From Gloeobacterales cyanobacterium (GTDB taxonomy: Bacteria; Cyanobacteriota; Cyanobacteriia; Gloeobacterales; PMM-0068), in NCBI GenBank assembly GCA_038245785.1, contig JBBRSB010000024.1, positions 13,614 through 77,613 on the forward strand: DNA of 64,000 nucleotides. Reading direction: 5' to 3'. The number at the start of each line of letters is the position of its first letter. The stretch's first letter is position 1. A program made the position numbers and the translations under genes. This document shows positions 1-11,460 of this stretch, piece after piece. Under the pieces are notes generated by a model, which saw nothing but the letters and a program-made list of their open reading frames with translations, did not search any database and was not told the DNA's origin.

Positions 1-1
1 G

Positions 2-3000
2 CTATGGATATCGGGAACCGACACACTTTGTACGTTTTTCAATCAGACCTGGCTAGACTTTACAGGCCGGACCTTAGAGCAAGAGATGGGGAATGGCTGG
101 GCAGAAGGAGTGCATGCTGATGATTTTCAACGTTGCTTAGATACATACTTGTCTGCCTTTAAGGCTTACCAACCTTTCACCATGGAGTATCGACTGAGAC
201 GGGCAGACGGAGAGTATCGTTGGCTTTTGGATACAGGGACTCCCCGGTTTACCCCCGACGGCAGCTTTGCAGGCTACATTGGCTCCTGCATTGACATCAC
301 TGTAAATAAACAGGCCGAAGAAGCCCTGCAAAAATATGCCGATCAATTCCAAGATCTATATAACCATGCGCCCTGCGGGTATCACTCTTTAGACAAAGAG
401 GGCAAAATCGTTCTCGTCAATGAGACGGAACTTGAGATGTTTGTGTACACGCGGGAAGAGTTGCTTGGGAAGAAGTTTACTGATCTCCTCACAACCGAGG
501 GTACAAAGGTCTTCCAGGAGAATTTCCCACAGTTTCAGCAGCGGGGCTGGGTGCGGGATCTCCAGTTTCAAATGATTCGCAAGGATGGCACCCTTTTGCC
601 CGTGAGCCTGAATTCAACGGCAGTCAAAGATGCTCAGGGGAACTACCTGATGAGTCGGTCCACCATTTTGGATATCACCGAACGCAAACGGACAGAAGAA
701 GCATTGCGGGAGAGCGAATGCAAGTTCAGTGCTATTTTCGACCAGACTTTTGAGTTACTCGGTATATTAAGCTTAGATGGGATCGTGCAGGAAATTAATC
801 AATCAGCCTTAGACTCGATCGCCGCTCAAAAAACCGATATCATTGGCAGTAGTTTCTGGGAAACCCCCTGGTGGACGCATTCTCAGCAGCTACAGCATCA
901 ACTGAGAGATGCCATCGATCAGGCAGCCAGCGGGCAATTTATTCGCTACGAAGTGCCATTTCCTAGTGGTAGTGGCAAGCTCATGATTACAGATTTTTCC
1001 CTCAAACCTGTTTTCGATGAAGCAGGTCGAGTCGTGATGCTCATTGCAGAAGGGTACGACATCACCGAGCGCAAACAGACAGAAGAGGCATTACATGCCA
1101 GCGAAGAACGATGGAAGTTAGCGCTGCAAGGCAGCAATGACGGCATTTGGGATTGGAATATCAAGACCAATGAAGTCTTTTACTCTGTCCGCTGGAAGGA
1201 AATGCTCGGTTTTGAAGACCATGAAATTGTGAACGAGCGCGATGAATGGACCAAACGGGTTCATCCCGATGATATTAACAAGGTTATGCAGATCATTCAG
1301 GACCACCTCGCTAAGAAAACCCCGTTTTACACTTCGGAGCATCGTGTCCTCTGCAAGGACGGAACCTATAAGTGGATTCTCGACCGGGGGCAGGCTCTTT
1401 GGGATGAAGCGGGTAATCCGGTGCGCATGGTCGGGTCCCATAATGATGTCACTGATCGCAAACGAGCAGAAGAAGTCCTGCGCGAGAGTCAAGAAAGATT
1501 GAGCTTAGCCCTTGAGGTCGCTCACATGGTCACATGGGATTTTGATATCTTGACCAATCATCTGGTGGCCGCTGGTGCAGTAGATCTAGTATTTGGACTT
1601 CCCCATGGGTCTTCTGTTCCAAGCTATGAGGATTTTTTCAGTTTTGTCCATCCTGAAGACCGCGACTCTGTATTCCGAGCTTTAACTCGCTCCGTTGAAG
1701 AGGGCGCTGAGTATAAGCTTGAATATCGCATGGTCTGGCCCGACGGAACACTGCATTGGGTCGCTGCGGAAGGCCAAGCTTACCGTGACGCTACAGGCAA
1801 ACCGACAAGGGTAGTCGGTGTCGCCATTGATATCACAGAGCGCAAGCGGGCTGAGGAAGCCCTGCGGCAACAGAGCCAACGCTCTCAGCTCTTTTCAGAG
1901 ATCACCCTCAATATTCGCCAGTCTTTAAAGCTTGACGAAATTCTGCAAACTACCGTCACCGAAGTACAACGACTACTGCACGCAGACCGTGTTCTAGTAT
2001 TCCAGTTGCTGGCTGACGGTTCAGGACATGTCGTCCAAGAATCTGTGGTCACTGGCTGGCCTGTTACCTTAGGACAAGACCTCTTTGATCCTTGCTTCAT
2101 CGGAGATTTTAAAGATCGATACCATAAGGGTAGGGTTGGTTCCATTGCCGACATAGAGCAGGGAGACGTAGAACAATGCTACGTCGACTTTCTGAAACAG
2201 TTTGGAGTCAGGGCAAACCTCGTCGTCCCTATTTTGGTGAAAGAGGACGTCTGGGGACTGCTGATTGCTCATCAGTGCTCCGGTCCTCGGCAGTGGGAAG
2301 TTCTAGAAGTTGAATTGATGCGGCAAATAGGGAATCAAATTGGGATTGCTCTTACTCAGGCCCAACTACTAGAGCAGGAAACCAAGCAGCGTCAGGAACT
2401 GGCCCGCTCCAATGCAGACCTCCAACAATTTGCCTACGTGGCGTCCCATGACCTGCAAGAACCTCTGCGGATGGTGGCTAGCTACCTGCAACTTTTGGAA
2501 CGCCGATATAAAGATAGACTCGACGCGGATGCCAACGAATTCATCAACTATGCGGTAGATGGTGCGGGCCGGATGCAGAATCTTATAAACGATCTGTTGG
2601 CCTATTCACGGGTAGGAACCCAAGGCAAGCCCTTTAAATCGACCAACTGTGAGCAGGTTTTCCGTCGGGCCTTGCTACATCTGAAAATCGCGATAGAGGA
2701 AAGCAAGGCCGTAATCACCCACGATGACCCCTTTCCCGTCGTGCATGCGGATGAGGGCCAGCTGGTGCAGGTACTCCAAAATTTGATCAGTAACGCTATA
2801 AAATTCCGTGGGGATCAGGCCCCACACATCCATATTGGGGCCCAACACCTTAATGAAGAATGGGTATTTTCTGTTAAAGACCAGGGCATTGGTATCGACC
2901 CACAGTATAAAGAACGTATCTTCATGATTTTTCAGCGCCTGCACAACCGCACTGAGTATGTGGGTACAGGGATTGGTTTGGCTATTTGCAAACGAATTGT

Positions 3001-3103
3001 TGAGCGTCACGGCGGTCGTATCTGGGTGGAGTCAGAACTCGTTAAAGGTTCAACCTTCTATTTCACCATCCCAGATCATCAAGGAGTAGAAAATCCACAA
3101 TGA
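2..3103 (+). CDS. Multi-PAS / cyanobacteriochrome-GAF sensor histidine kinase (5' end lies outside the window)
   Basis: Frame is open from nt 2 ([23 protein letters not shown]...). Several PAS/PAC repeats ending in DIT(E/D)RK; GAF with DPCF...CY motifs; H-box [10 protein letters not shown]; HATPase [24 protein letters not shown]. Confidence 0.92.
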   Translation, partial: LWISGTDTLCTFFNQTWLDFTGRTLEQEMGNGWAEGVHADDFQRCLDTYLSAFKAYQPFTMEYRLRRADGEYRWLLDTGTPRFTPDGSFAGYIGSCIDITVNKQAEEALQKYADQFQDLYNHAPCGYHSLDKEGKIVLVNETELEMFVYTREELLGKKFTDLLTTEGTKVFQENFPQFQQRGWVRDLQFQMIRKDGTLLPVSLNSTAVKDAQGNYLMSRSTILDITERKRTEEALRESECKFSAIFDQTFELLGILSLDGIVQEINQSALDSIAAQKTDIIGSSFWETPWWTHSQQLQHQLRDAIDQAASGQFIRYEVPFPSGSGKLMITDFSLKPVFDEAGRVVMLIAEGYDITERKQTEEALHASEERWKLALQGSNDGIWDWNIKTNEVFYSVRWKEMLGFEDHEIVNERDEWTKRVHPDDINKVMQIIQDHLAKKTPFYTSEHRVLCKDGTYKWILDRGQALWDEAGNPVRMVGSHNDVTDRKRAEEVLRESQERLSLALEVAHMVTWDFDILTNHLVAAGAVDLVFGLPHGSSVPSYEDFFSFVHPEDRDSVFRALTRSVEEGAEYKLEYRMVWPDGTLHWVAAEGQAYRDATGKPTRVVGVAIDITERKRAEEALRQQSQRSQLFSEITLNIRQSLKLDEILQTTVTEVQRLLHADRVLVFQLLADGSGHVVQESVVTGWPVTLGQDLFDPCFIGDFKDRYHKGRVGSIADIEQGDVEQCYVDFLKQFGVRANLVVPILVKEDVWGLLIAHQCSGPRQWEVLEVELMRQIGNQIGIALTQAQLLEQETKQRQELARSNADLQQFAYVASHDLQEPLRMVASYLQLLERRYKDRLDADANEFINYAVDGAGRMQNLINDLLAYSRVGTQGKPFKSTNCEQVFRRALLHLKIAIEESKAVITHDDPFPVVHADEGQLVQVLQNLISNAIKFRGDQAPHIHIGAQHLNEEWVFSVKDQGIGIDPQYKERIFMIFQRLHNRTEYVGTGIGLAICKRIVERHGGRIWVESELVKGSTFYFTIPDHQGVENPQ

Positions 3104-3549
3104 GCGCAACACCCATGGTCAAGCCGATCGAAATTTTACTAGTAGAAGATAACCCCGGTGATGTGAGGCTGAGTATCGAAGTCCTGAGAGACGCTAAGGT
3201 GCACAATCATTTGAATACCGTGGGCGATGGGGTAGAAGCGTTATCTTTTTTGCGCAAAGAAGGGAAGTATGCCGATGCTCCTCATCCAGATTTGATTTTA
3301 CTAGACTTGAATCTGCCTAAAAAAGATGGACGTGAGGTGCTTGCTGAGATCAAAGCCGATGATATATTGAAACGAATCCCTGTAGTCGTTCTAACCACTT
3401 CTCAGTCAGAGGAAGATATCCTCAAAGCCTATGAACTCCATGCCAATTGCTATATCTCAAAGCCGGTGAATTTAGATCAATTCATTAAAGTAGTACAGTC
3501 GATTGAGTCTTTTTGGTTAACGATTGTCAAACTACCTGCTGACAGGTGA
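3100..3549 (+). CDS. Single-domain response regulator, Rcp1-like (phytochrome-associated type)
   Basis: [10 protein letters not shown]...[19 protein letters not shown]...LTTS...ANCYISKP...[12 protein letters not shown]; overlaps the kinase stop codon (ATGA). Confidence 0.9.
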   Translation: MSATPMVKPIEILLVEDNPGDVRLSIEVLRDAKVHNHLNTVGDGVEALSFLRKEGKYADAPHPDLILLDLNLPKKDGREVLAEIKADDILKRIPVVVLTTSQSEEDILKAYELHANCYISKPVNLDQFIKVVQSIESFWLTIVKLPADR

Positions 3550-5990
3550 GGTCTATGCATACCAAGCCAATCGAATCTAAACCGATCAAAGTGCTGCTAG
3601 TGGAAGATAATCCAGGGGATGCTCGCCTGATGCAGTTAACCCTGGCAGAAGTGACTTCGGTCAAGTTTGAGCTGACCTGCGTTGATAAACTTCACAGTGC
3701 CTTGGACTGTCTTGCAAAGAAGCCCTTTGATGCTGTTTTGCTAGACCTTTCCCTGCCAGATAGTCAAGGATTCGATACCTTCACGAAGGTCCATAAGCAG
3801 TATCCTGAAGTGCCAACAGTGGTGCTTACAGGATTGAACGATGAGACGCTTGCCCTGAGAGCGGTCCAGGAAGGAGCGCAGGATTATCTTGTCAAAGGAC
3901 AGGTGAATGGGGCGGATCTAATCTCTCGCTCTTTGCGCTATGCCATTGAACGGAAGCGGACTCAAGAAGCGCTGCAAGAAAGTGAAGAGCGTTTCCGGAG
4001 TGCTTTTGACAGTGCAGCCATTGGAATGGCTCTCACCAGCCTCGATGGTCACTGGCTGCAAGTGAATCGAGCCTTGTGTGAAATTGTGGGCTATTCAGAG
4101 CAAGAACTACTCGCTACTAGTTGCATGATAGTGACGCATCCAGAGGACCAGGAAGAAACCGATAGCTGTATGTATCAACTGCTCACTTGTGATATTCGTT
4201 GCCACCAAATAGAAAAACGATATATCCATAAACTTGGCCACATCGTCTGGATTTTATTGAATGTTTCCCTGGTGCGTAATGCTCAAGGTGAACCCTTATA
4301 CTTTGTCGATCAAATTCAAGACATCACGGTAGCCAAGCATCAAGAAGAAGAGCTAAAAAAACGCGAAGAACAACTCAGATTGGCGATGGAAGCAGCCCAA
4401 ATGGGTACGTGGGACTGGGATATACAGGCGAACAACTCGCCACAGGCCAGCGACCCTGTCTGGACGGTTATCCCGAAAGGTGCTCGTTACCCGGACTATC
4501 AAACTTTTCTTGAATCTATCCATCCTGAAGACCGTACCTATGTCCATAGAGCGATGTTGAAAGCGATAGAGGAAAGGAAAGAGTACGAATCTGAATTTCG
4601 GGTCATCTGGCCTGATGGCAGCTTACATTGGGTCGAAGGAAAGGGACAAGTCCTCCGTAACGGTGCGGACAAGCCTATCCGCATGGTTGGTGTAGCGGTA
4701 GATATTACCGAGCGCAAACAGGCAGAAGAAGTTCTACAGAAGGCAAACGAAAAATTAGAAATACGTGTAGCAGAACGAACAGTAGCACTTAGTAGTGCCA
4801 ACCAACAACTGATTAAAGAAATTGTTGATCGGGAACAGGCCGAAGAAGCATTAAAGCTGAATGAGGAACGTCTGCGCTTGATTGTTCAGACGATGCCTGT
4901 GATGATGAATGCCCTTGATGCAGAAGGAAATATTATTGCTTGGAATCGAGAGTGTGAAGTAGTAACGGGGTATAACGCAGAGCAAATAATATATAACCCA
5001 AAAGCTTTAGAATTGCTTTACCCAGATGCAGCCGATCAAAGAAAAGCGATCAGTGAGTGGGTTCAACGGGGTAACAATTATCGCAACTGGGAATGGAATA
5101 TCAGATGCAAAGATGGGACTATAAAAACCTTGGCTTGGTCCAATCTTTCTAAGCAGTTTCCTATCCCTGGCTGGGCCTCCTGGGGAACAGGTATCGATAT
5201 TACAGACCGCAAGCGAGCTGAGACAGAAATTCGTAGAGCATTACAGCAAGAAAAGGAACTAAACGAATTGAAGTCTCATTTTGTATCCATGACTTCCCAT
5301 GAATTTCGTACTCCTTTGAGTACTATTCTATCCTCCGCTGAGTTGCTGGAATACTATAGTCAAGGCTGGCCTGAAGACCGAAAAAAAAGACATTTACATC
5401 AAATTCAAAGTGCTATTAAGCATATGACACAACTATTGGATGATGTATTGGTGCTTGGACAATCAGGAGCTAAGAAACTTGAGTTTATCTCCGAGCCCAT
5501 AAGTCTCGATGTATTTTGTTTGGAGATCGTTGAAGAGCTCAAGCTCAATATTGATAGCCGATACAAAATAAAGTTTACCCGCAAAGGAAACTGTGGCAAG
5601 GCTATTTTTGATGTGAAAATACTCCGTCAAATTCTGAACAACCTCCTTTCTAATGCTATCAAGTATTCACCGAAGGGTGGCACCATCCTCTTTAGTCTTT
5701 CCTGCAAGGATAAACAGGCAATATTCCATATCAAAGATGAGGGGATTGGTATTCCATCGGAAGACCAACGTTTACTCTTTGAGCCTTTTCATAGAGGTGC
5801 TAATGTTGAAAGTATCGCAGGGACTGGACTTGGGCTAACGATTGTCAAGAATTGTGTGGACCTATATGGAGGCACCCTTACCTTTACAAGTCAGCCCGAA
5901 AAAGGAACTACCTTTGTAGTCACACTGCCTATAAACTATTCAGACGCCACAACCCTAACTCATGAGCAAAATTCTCGTCATCGAAGATGA
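3546..5990 (+). CDS. Hybrid sensor histidine kinase (REC-PAS-PAS-PAS-HisKA-HATPase)
   Basis: N-terminal REC ([18 protein letters not shown]), three PAS/PAC domains, [24 protein letters not shown]. Start could be ATG 3555. Confidence 0.9.
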   Translation: MRSMHTKPIESKPIKVLLVEDNPGDARLMQLTLAEVTSVKFELTCVDKLHSALDCLAKKPFDAVLLDLSLPDSQGFDTFTKVHKQYPEVPTVVLTGLNDETLALRAVQEGAQDYLVKGQVNGADLISRSLRYAIERKRTQEALQESEERFRSAFDSAAIGMALTSLDGHWLQVNRALCEIVGYSEQELLATSCMIVTHPEDQEETDSCMYQLLTCDIRCHQIEKRYIHKLGHIVWILLNVSLVRNAQGEPLYFVDQIQDITVAKHQEEELKKREEQLRLAMEAAQMGTWDWDIQANNSPQASDPVWTVIPKGARYPDYQTFLESIHPEDRTYVHRAMLKAIEERKEYESEFRVIWPDGSLHWVEGKGQVLRNGADKPIRMVGVAVDITERKQAEEVLQKANEKLEIRVAERTVALSSANQQLIKEIVDREQAEEALKLNEERLRLIVQTMPVMMNALDAEGNIIAWNRECEVVTGYNAEQIIYNPKALELLYPDAADQRKAISEWVQRGNNYRNWEWNIRCKDGTIKTLAWSNLSKQFPIPGWASWGTGIDITDRKRAETEIRRALQQEKELNELKSHFVSMTSHEFRTPLSTILSSAELLEYYSQGWPEDRKKRHLHQIQSAIKHMTQLLDDVLVLGQSGAKKLEFISEPISLDVFCLEIVEELKLNIDSRYKIKFTRKGNCGKAIFDVKILRQILNNLLSNAIKYSPKGGTILFSLSCKDKQAIFHIKDEGIGIPSEDQRLLFEPFHRGANVESIAGTGLGLTIVKNCVDLYGGTLTFTSQPEKGTTFVVTLPINYSDATTLTHEQNSRHRR

Positions 5991-7050
5991 AGACTTCGTC
6001 CGCACCAATGTATCAGAACTCCTCGAAGCTGAAAACTTTGAGGTTATCAGTGCAGAGAATGGTTTGCTGGGCGTACAAGTTGCCAAAGAGCAAATCCCGG
6101 ACTTAATCATCTGTGATGTGATGATGCCTAAGTTAAATGGGAATGAGGTCTTAGAAACGCTCCGTAAAGATCCAAAAACGCAGATGATTCCATTTATCTT
6201 CTTGACAGCAAAGGCAGATAAAACGGATCTTCGTCAGGCTATGGAACAAGGCGCTGATGATTATTTGACCAAGCCCTTCACTCGCGCAGAATTGCTTGGA
6301 GCTGTTCACAGTCGTCTAGAGAAACAAGAAGTAATCATCAAGCATTCCCAGCAAAAGTTAGATAATCTGCGCAGCGGTATTGCCTATGCGCTTCCCCATG
6401 AAATGCTGACACCTTTGACCTCTATTCTTGGATTTTCGCAGACGATCATCATGCAATACAACTCACTGAAACGGCCCAAAATTTTGGAAATGGTCGAAAG
6501 AATCCATGATTCAGGGGAACGTCTTCATCGAGTGATTCAAAACTTTCTTCTCTATGCGGAATTAGAACTGGCTGCTGTCAATCCAGAAAAAATTAAAACT
6601 ATGAGAGCAAACCAGACCAATTCTGCTCGGCGAGTGGTCACAGGAATGGCGAATCAAAAGGCAAAGCAGTTCAATCGGGAAGCTAATCTAATTTTAGAAC
6701 TAAAAGACTCAGTGATCGCTATTTCAGAAATTAGCTTCAATAAGATGGTCGATGAATTGGTGGACAATGCCTTCAAGCATTCTCCTGCCGGAACTCCCGT
6801 GCGCATTGTCAGTAGTGTTCAAAACGGCATGTTTCTTCTGTCTATTGCTAACCAGGGACGCGGTATGACAGCTGAACAAATCGCTAACTTAGGGGCTTAT
6901 GTGCAATTTGAGCGTCGTGTCCATGAGCAACAGGGATCGGGCTTAGGGCTGGTGATTGCTATGCGTTTGGCCGAATTGCATGGTGGCAGGCTCACTATTG
7001 AAAGTGTGCTTGGTGGAGAAACAGTAATTCAAGTTGTACTGCCTACGTAG
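5962..7050 (+). CDS. Hybrid response regulator / histidine kinase (REC-HisKA-HATPase)
   Basis: [44 protein letters not shown]. Confidence 0.88.
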   Translation: MSKILVIEDEDFVRTNVSELLEAENFEVISAENGLLGVQVAKEQIPDLIICDVMMPKLNGNEVLETLRKDPKTQMIPFIFLTAKADKTDLRQAMEQGADDYLTKPFTRAELLGAVHSRLEKQEVIIKHSQQKLDNLRSGIAYALPHEMLTPLTSILGFSQTIIMQYNSLKRPKILEMVERIHDSGERLHRVIQNFLLYAELELAAVNPEKIKTMRANQTNSARRVVTGMANQKAKQFNREANLILELKDSVIAISEISFNKMVDELVDNAFKHSPAGTPVRIVSSVQNGMFLLSIANQGRGMTAEQIANLGAYVQFERRVHEQQGSGLGLVIAMRLAELHGGRLTIESVLGGETVIQVVLPT

Positions 7051-7108
7051 TTTGCCACGCCTGTAATAGGACAGTCACAGAACACTGCTAGCGAGTAAAC
7101 TGGAAGTC

Positions 7109-8560
7109 ATGAACTTCATCGATAAGTTAAATGGAGCTATTGCCCACAATCAAAGTTTATTATCCATCGCCCTCAATCCAGATCCAGAGGTTATTCCTGA
7201 TTGCTTTTCTTTAGGAGAAGGTGACTCTGTTAGGGCCTCAGAAACCTGGCTACAGTCTGTAATTGTCAAAACAGCTGATTTGGTCTGCGTCTATGAACTA
7301 AACTTAGCGTTTTATCTAGCGCTTGGGCCAACGGGGTTAGATTTACTCCATAAAATTCTATCTGCTATTCCTGAATATATTCCAGTCATCTTAGATGCTC
7401 AGTATAGTGATATCAATACAGCCACTCTTTTTGCCCAAACTGTTTTTCTAGACTGGCAAGTCGATGCTGTGACCTTGATTCCTTATGCGGGACAAGATCT
7501 TGTTGCTCCTTTTCTGGTCTATCCAGAGAAAGCCGTTTTTGTTCTCTGTGCAACGGCGAATTCTTCAGCCTCCGCTTTACAGGAATATCCTTCACCAGAA
7601 TCTCCTCTATATATGCAGATGACTAGGGAAGCCCAAACCTGGGGAACGCCAGAACAACTGGGCTTAGTTGTTGGGGTGGCAGCGCCTGAATCCTTAGCCC
7701 GGATTCGGCAACTGGCTCCTGAGCGGGTAATTCTGTCCTCTACTACTTGGAACGACGAAAGTACGCTCGTCCAAATTCTTGCTGCTGGTTTGGATGCCAA
7801 TGGGGATGGCTTAATTATTCCGGTGCCTCAAAGGTTACTAAGTCAGCCGTCTTTGGCTGTAGAGATTGATCATGTACGAGAGCTGATCAATCACGAGCGG
7901 CAGCGAATCGCTTGTGAAAATCCCACCTGTTTAGTTTGGATGCCTGATGTCTGCTTTTTGGATCATCATCCGCACGAAGATTTGATTTTGCAGCTCTACG
8001 ATATGGGCTGTATTGCCTTTGGAGATCATGTCCAATCTTCTGGTTCAACGCTTCCCTACTATGTCGATCTGCGCAAAATCATCTCTAACCCTCAGGTCTT
8101 TCATCAGATCCTGAGCGCCTATGCCGATATTTTGAAAGACCTGGTTTTTGATCGAATTGCCGGGATTCCCTATGGCTCCCTGCCTACGGCGACAGGTTTA
8201 GCGCTACGCATGGGCTACCCGATGATTTTTCCCCGAAAAGAAGTCAAGGCCTACGGGGCGCGTAGACTGATTGAAGGAGCCTACGAAGAAGGGGAAACCA
8301 TCGTTGTCGTCGATGACATTCTGATTACGGGGAAGAGTGTCATGGAAGGCACGGGCAAGCTTGAGTCTGAGGGGTTAGAAGTTCAAGACATCGTAGTCCT
8401 GATTGACCACGAAAGCGGTGCTAGAGAAACCCTCAAACAACGGGGCTATCAAGGTCATGCCGTGCTCACGCTCTCCGAAATTGCTGAAACATTGTATGAG
8501 GCAAGACGGATAAATAAAGAACAGTTTGAGGTTCTAGCCGGAACTTCAGAGAGCCACTAG
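7109..8560 (+). CDS. Bifunctional OMP decarboxylase-like / orotate phosphoribosyltransferase (PyrF-PyrE fusion)
   Basis: C-terminal OPRTase motifs SG..LPYYVDLR, AGIPYGSLP, RKEVKAYG, VVVDDILITGKS. N-terminal OMPDC fold with altered catalytic motif. Confidence 0.88.
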   Translation: MNFIDKLNGAIAHNQSLLSIALNPDPEVIPDCFSLGEGDSVRASETWLQSVIVKTADLVCVYELNLAFYLALGPTGLDLLHKILSAIPEYIPVILDAQYSDINTATLFAQTVFLDWQVDAVTLIPYAGQDLVAPFLVYPEKAVFVLCATANSSASALQEYPSPESPLYMQMTREAQTWGTPEQLGLVVGVAAPESLARIRQLAPERVILSSTTWNDESTLVQILAAGLDANGDGLIIPVPQRLLSQPSLAVEIDHVRELINHERQRIACENPTCLVWMPDVCFLDHHPHEDLILQLYDMGCIAFGDHVQSSGSTLPYYVDLRKIISNPQVFHQILSAYADILKDLVFDRIAGIPYGSLPTATGLALRMGYPMIFPRKEVKAYGARRLIEGAYEEGETIVVVDDILITGKSVMEGTGKLESEGLEVQDIVVLIDHESGARETLKQRGYQGHAVLTLSEIAETLYEARRINKEQFEVLAGTSESH

Positions 8561-8715
8561 TCTCGCTCTACTTCTTCATTGGTTGCTCCACAGGATGGAC
8601 AAATCCACTCATTGGAAAGGGTTGCAATAGACGTTTCTGCGGGGATTTCAGTATCTGGATCTTCTGCTTCCAGATCATAGATATAACCGCAGCTTGTGCA
8701 TTTCTTGGGGCTCAT
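8557..8715 (-). CDS. Rubredoxin (52 aa, not in ORF track)
   Basis: Manual translation: MSPKKCTSCGYIYDLEAEDPDTEIPAETSIATLSNEWICPSCGATNEEVERD. Two CxxCG knuckles; GAGGA RBS upstream. Confidence 0.85.
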   Translation of the reverse strand: MSPKKCTSCGYIYDLEAEDPDTEIPAETSIATLSNEWICPSCGATNEEVERD

Positions 8716-8786
8716 TTGCGTATCCTCTCAAGCTTGGGATGACAGATCTCCACGGTAGACGAAAGTGCTTAAAGTAGAATCGAAAA

Positions 8787-9593
8787 ATGACACAAGACAA
8801 GTTGCCAGAAAAAGTCTTAGACTGGTGCAAAACAAACGAATGGTCAGAACCATTTCGCCAAGATGGACTGTACTGGGGTTTTGCGCCTGGCTCAGTTATT
8901 CCAATGCCCCTCCCTCTTCCACAAAAATCTCATGAAAGCTACTTCTTAAATCAATACGCAGAATCAATAAAGACTGATCCTACCTGTAAATTTCTCGCTG
9001 AAAGCTTTCCAACGGATTTTGCAGCCTGGTTGCTCAGTGAACGAATAGCCCTAATGCCGCTTGGTTTAAGTGAACTTAGTTCACAAGATATTGAAGCGGA
9101 TTCATCAGTTTTGCTGGATTCAGACAAGGTACTTTTGCACATCGAATTTCATGTCGAACCAGACCCTTGGATTCCTTTCAAGATGATAGATTATCGCCTG
9201 AGACTCTACCACTGTTTCCCTGAAAAACAAATGCGTCAATTCGTCATATATTTAGCTCCTACAGATTCAGATCTCGTTTATCAAAGTGTGTTTGAGACTG
9301 AGATGATGCGGCACGAATTTCAGGTTATCCGCCTCTGGGAGCAGCCCACTCAGCTCTTTTTGGAATCGACAGGATTATTGCCCTTGGCCGTGCTCACTCA
9401 AACCCAAGACAAAGTGCAAACGCTGAGACAAGTGGCATCACGGATTGATGCAATTCCAGAAATGCGTATTCAGAGTAATGTGGCTGCGTCTGCCTCGGTT
9501 CTTGCGGGGTTAACGCTAGAAAAGGACTTTATTAATCAAGTTCTAGGTCAGGAAATCATGCAGCAGTCTGTGATTTATCAAATGCAGAGATGA
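8787..9593 (+). CDS. Rpn-family (recombination-promoting nuclease/putative transposase) protein with extra N-terminal segment, C-terminally truncated
   Basis: DPTCKFLAE.FP.DFAAWLL, ADS...LHIEF, DYRLRL, VIRLWEQP, GLLPLAVL, EIMQQSVIYQ, then an early stop with no DUF4351 tail. Confidence 0.75.
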   Translation: MTQDKLPEKVLDWCKTNEWSEPFRQDGLYWGFAPGSVIPMPLPLPQKSHESYFLNQYAESIKTDPTCKFLAESFPTDFAAWLLSERIALMPLGLSELSSQDIEADSSVLLDSDKVLLHIEFHVEPDPWIPFKMIDYRLRLYHCFPEKQMRQFVIYLAPTDSDLVYQSVFETEMMRHEFQVIRLWEQPTQLFLESTGLLPLAVLTQTQDKVQTLRQVASRIDAIPEMRIQSNVAASASVLAGLTLEKDFINQVLGQEIMQQSVIYQMQR

Positions 9594-9650
9594 AGACTGT
9601 CAAGAACAAGTCCAAGCCATAGAAAGCGGCTACGGTGCCTGAGCCATGAG

Positions 9651-9965
9651 TTGAGTGAATTAGAACCATTGCTAAGATTCTTTGCTAGCTTTGTTTTAGA
9701 TATGGAATTGGTCAGTCAAATTCTCAGGTGGGATATGGCAGTATTACGCGAGTCGCCTTGGTATCAAGAAATCGAACTGACTGGCGCTCTTCGCGAAGCT
9801 CAAGCCCTTATCCACCGCCAGCTCATGCGGCGCATTGGTGAAGTGGCTCCGGATTTGCAAGCCCAGGTTCAAGCCTTGTCGCTTGCTCAGCTTGAGGCTT
9901 TGGGCGAGGCGCTGTTGGATTTTTCGGAACCCGCAGACTTGGTGAATTGGTTGCAGGGGAATTGA
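9651..9965 (+). CDS. DUF4351-domain (Rpn C-terminal) fragment / small protein
   Basis: ELEPLL.FFASFVL...RWDMAVLRESPWYQEI...RQL.RRIG...LSLAQLEALGEALLDFSEPADLVNWL. In-frame internal ATG at 9735. Confidence 0.75.
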   Translation: MSELEPLLRFFASFVLDMELVSQILRWDMAVLRESPWYQEIELTGALREAQALIHRQLMRRIGEVAPDLQAQVQALSLAQLEALGEALLDFSEPADLVNWLQGN

Positions 9966-10649
9966 TTGGGCTAAGCGGCATGAAAAAAGGTTTTGTCGCA
10001 AGAAAGCATTTAGGACAGGAAAACAGAATCTTATTAAGGCTCGGTTGGGCTGAATTTGGATATTCTAACCGTAAGTTTGTGGGCTGAAAGTGCTGATTTC
10101 TCATTGTCGGGAATGCCCTCTAGTAGCGTTTTGTAAATAATCAAGTCTCACAACGATCGAAAACACAACGATTGATGGACTCGAATTTTATATTGCCATG
10201 AATTCATGATTATTAATCCACCTTTGGTGAAGGGAATACAAGTTATAAATTGATGCAGAACAAAGCAAAAATATTCGTAGAAATAAGACTGTACAAACCT
10301 ATTCTAAGTATTTTTCTACACGTTAAACTTCATCAAATCTTCATATAACACTCTACTTCTAAGTAGATATACTTTGGATGTTTGGATATTAAGTCAGATA
10401 TTTAAGAGCCTTGCAACTCTGGTCTGTAACAACTTAGCACCTCAATAGGGCTGCTTTATTGCACACTATAAAGGAGATATACGGAAAAGTTCCGTGTAAT
10501 AACAAGCTATTCTACAAACTGTCAGTCAATGAAAATTATTGACGTTATTCGAGGTTTTCTTTAGTAGACAATACGTATTGTAATGGCGGCATAAAAATGC
10601 AGGTGTGCGTTTAAAAAGACAGCTTTATCAAAGGGTTAAACTAAGTGCT

Positions 10650-11459
10650 ATGACCAATCAGAATATTAGTACCAAAGTAGGAACACTATCAGACAGAGAG
10701 ATAGAAGACTTATGCTCAAAAGGTGATCTGATTGTAGATAATTACTCTAAAAAGAATGTTCATCAATCTTGCTATGAATTACGGGCAAGTCATACTTATT
10801 ATGATATTGCAGATAATAACAAAAAATATAGCCTCTCAAACAATGAGTTTATTCTAATAAAACCACGGCAACTAGTCGTAGTTATAACTATGGAAACGAT
10901 CTCTTTACCTACCGATGTTCTTGCAAGAATTCTTACCAAAGGGAAACTTTTTTCAATTGGGCTATTGCCTGTTAATACATATGCTGACCCTGGATTTTAT
11001 GGAAATTTGGGAATTGTTTTTCATAATTGCTCAAACAATTATTTGAAAATTTCCCCTGGAGAATCTATTGCAAAAATGGAATTTTCTCGCCTTATGGTTC
11101 CTGTTGAAAAACCCTACAGAGGTCAGCATGGTTATCAAACTAATATATGGACTATTCCTGAAGACATGATATTGTCCGATAAAGAAATTCTAAAGGATTC
11201 TAGAATAAAGACTCCAGCAGAAGAAATTATATTATCGTATGGTCCAAATATAGGTAAAGTAATCGATAGAGTTTTTAAATTTGAAAGATACTTAATACTC
11301 GCAGCGCTGTTTTACTTTTTGTTTTCGATGCTAATCATTTATGAAATGCAGGGTAAAAATGATTGGATAACTCCAACAACAAGTATAGTTCTAGGCGTAC
11401 TCTCAAATGTTTTTACTAGCTTACTTGTGTATGCAGCTACTAATATAAGCAGGAGATAA
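10650..11459 (+). CDS. dCTP deaminase/dUTPase-fold protein fused to two C-terminal transmembrane helices
   Basis: LSDREI, (Q)SCYELR, TMETISLP, ADPGFYG, PGESIAKMEF and KPYRG..GYQ match trimeric Dcd/dUTPase motifs. Hydrophobic YLILAALFYFLFSMLIIY and SIVLGVLSNVFTSLLVYAA at the C-terminus. ATG 10650 preferred over GTG 10605. Confidence 0.8.
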   Translation: MTNQNISTKVGTLSDREIEDLCSKGDLIVDNYSKKNVHQSCYELRASHTYYDIADNNKKYSLSNNEFILIKPRQLVVVITMETISLPTDVLARILTKGKLFSIGLLPVNTYADPGFYGNLGIVFHNCSNNYLKISPGESIAKMEFSRLMVPVEKPYRGQHGYQTNIWTIPEDMILSDKEILKDSRIKTPAEEIILSYGPNIGKVIDRVFKFERYLILAALFYFLFSMLIIYEMQGKNDWITPTTSIVLGVLSNVFTSLLVYAATNISRR

Positions 11460-11460
11460 A

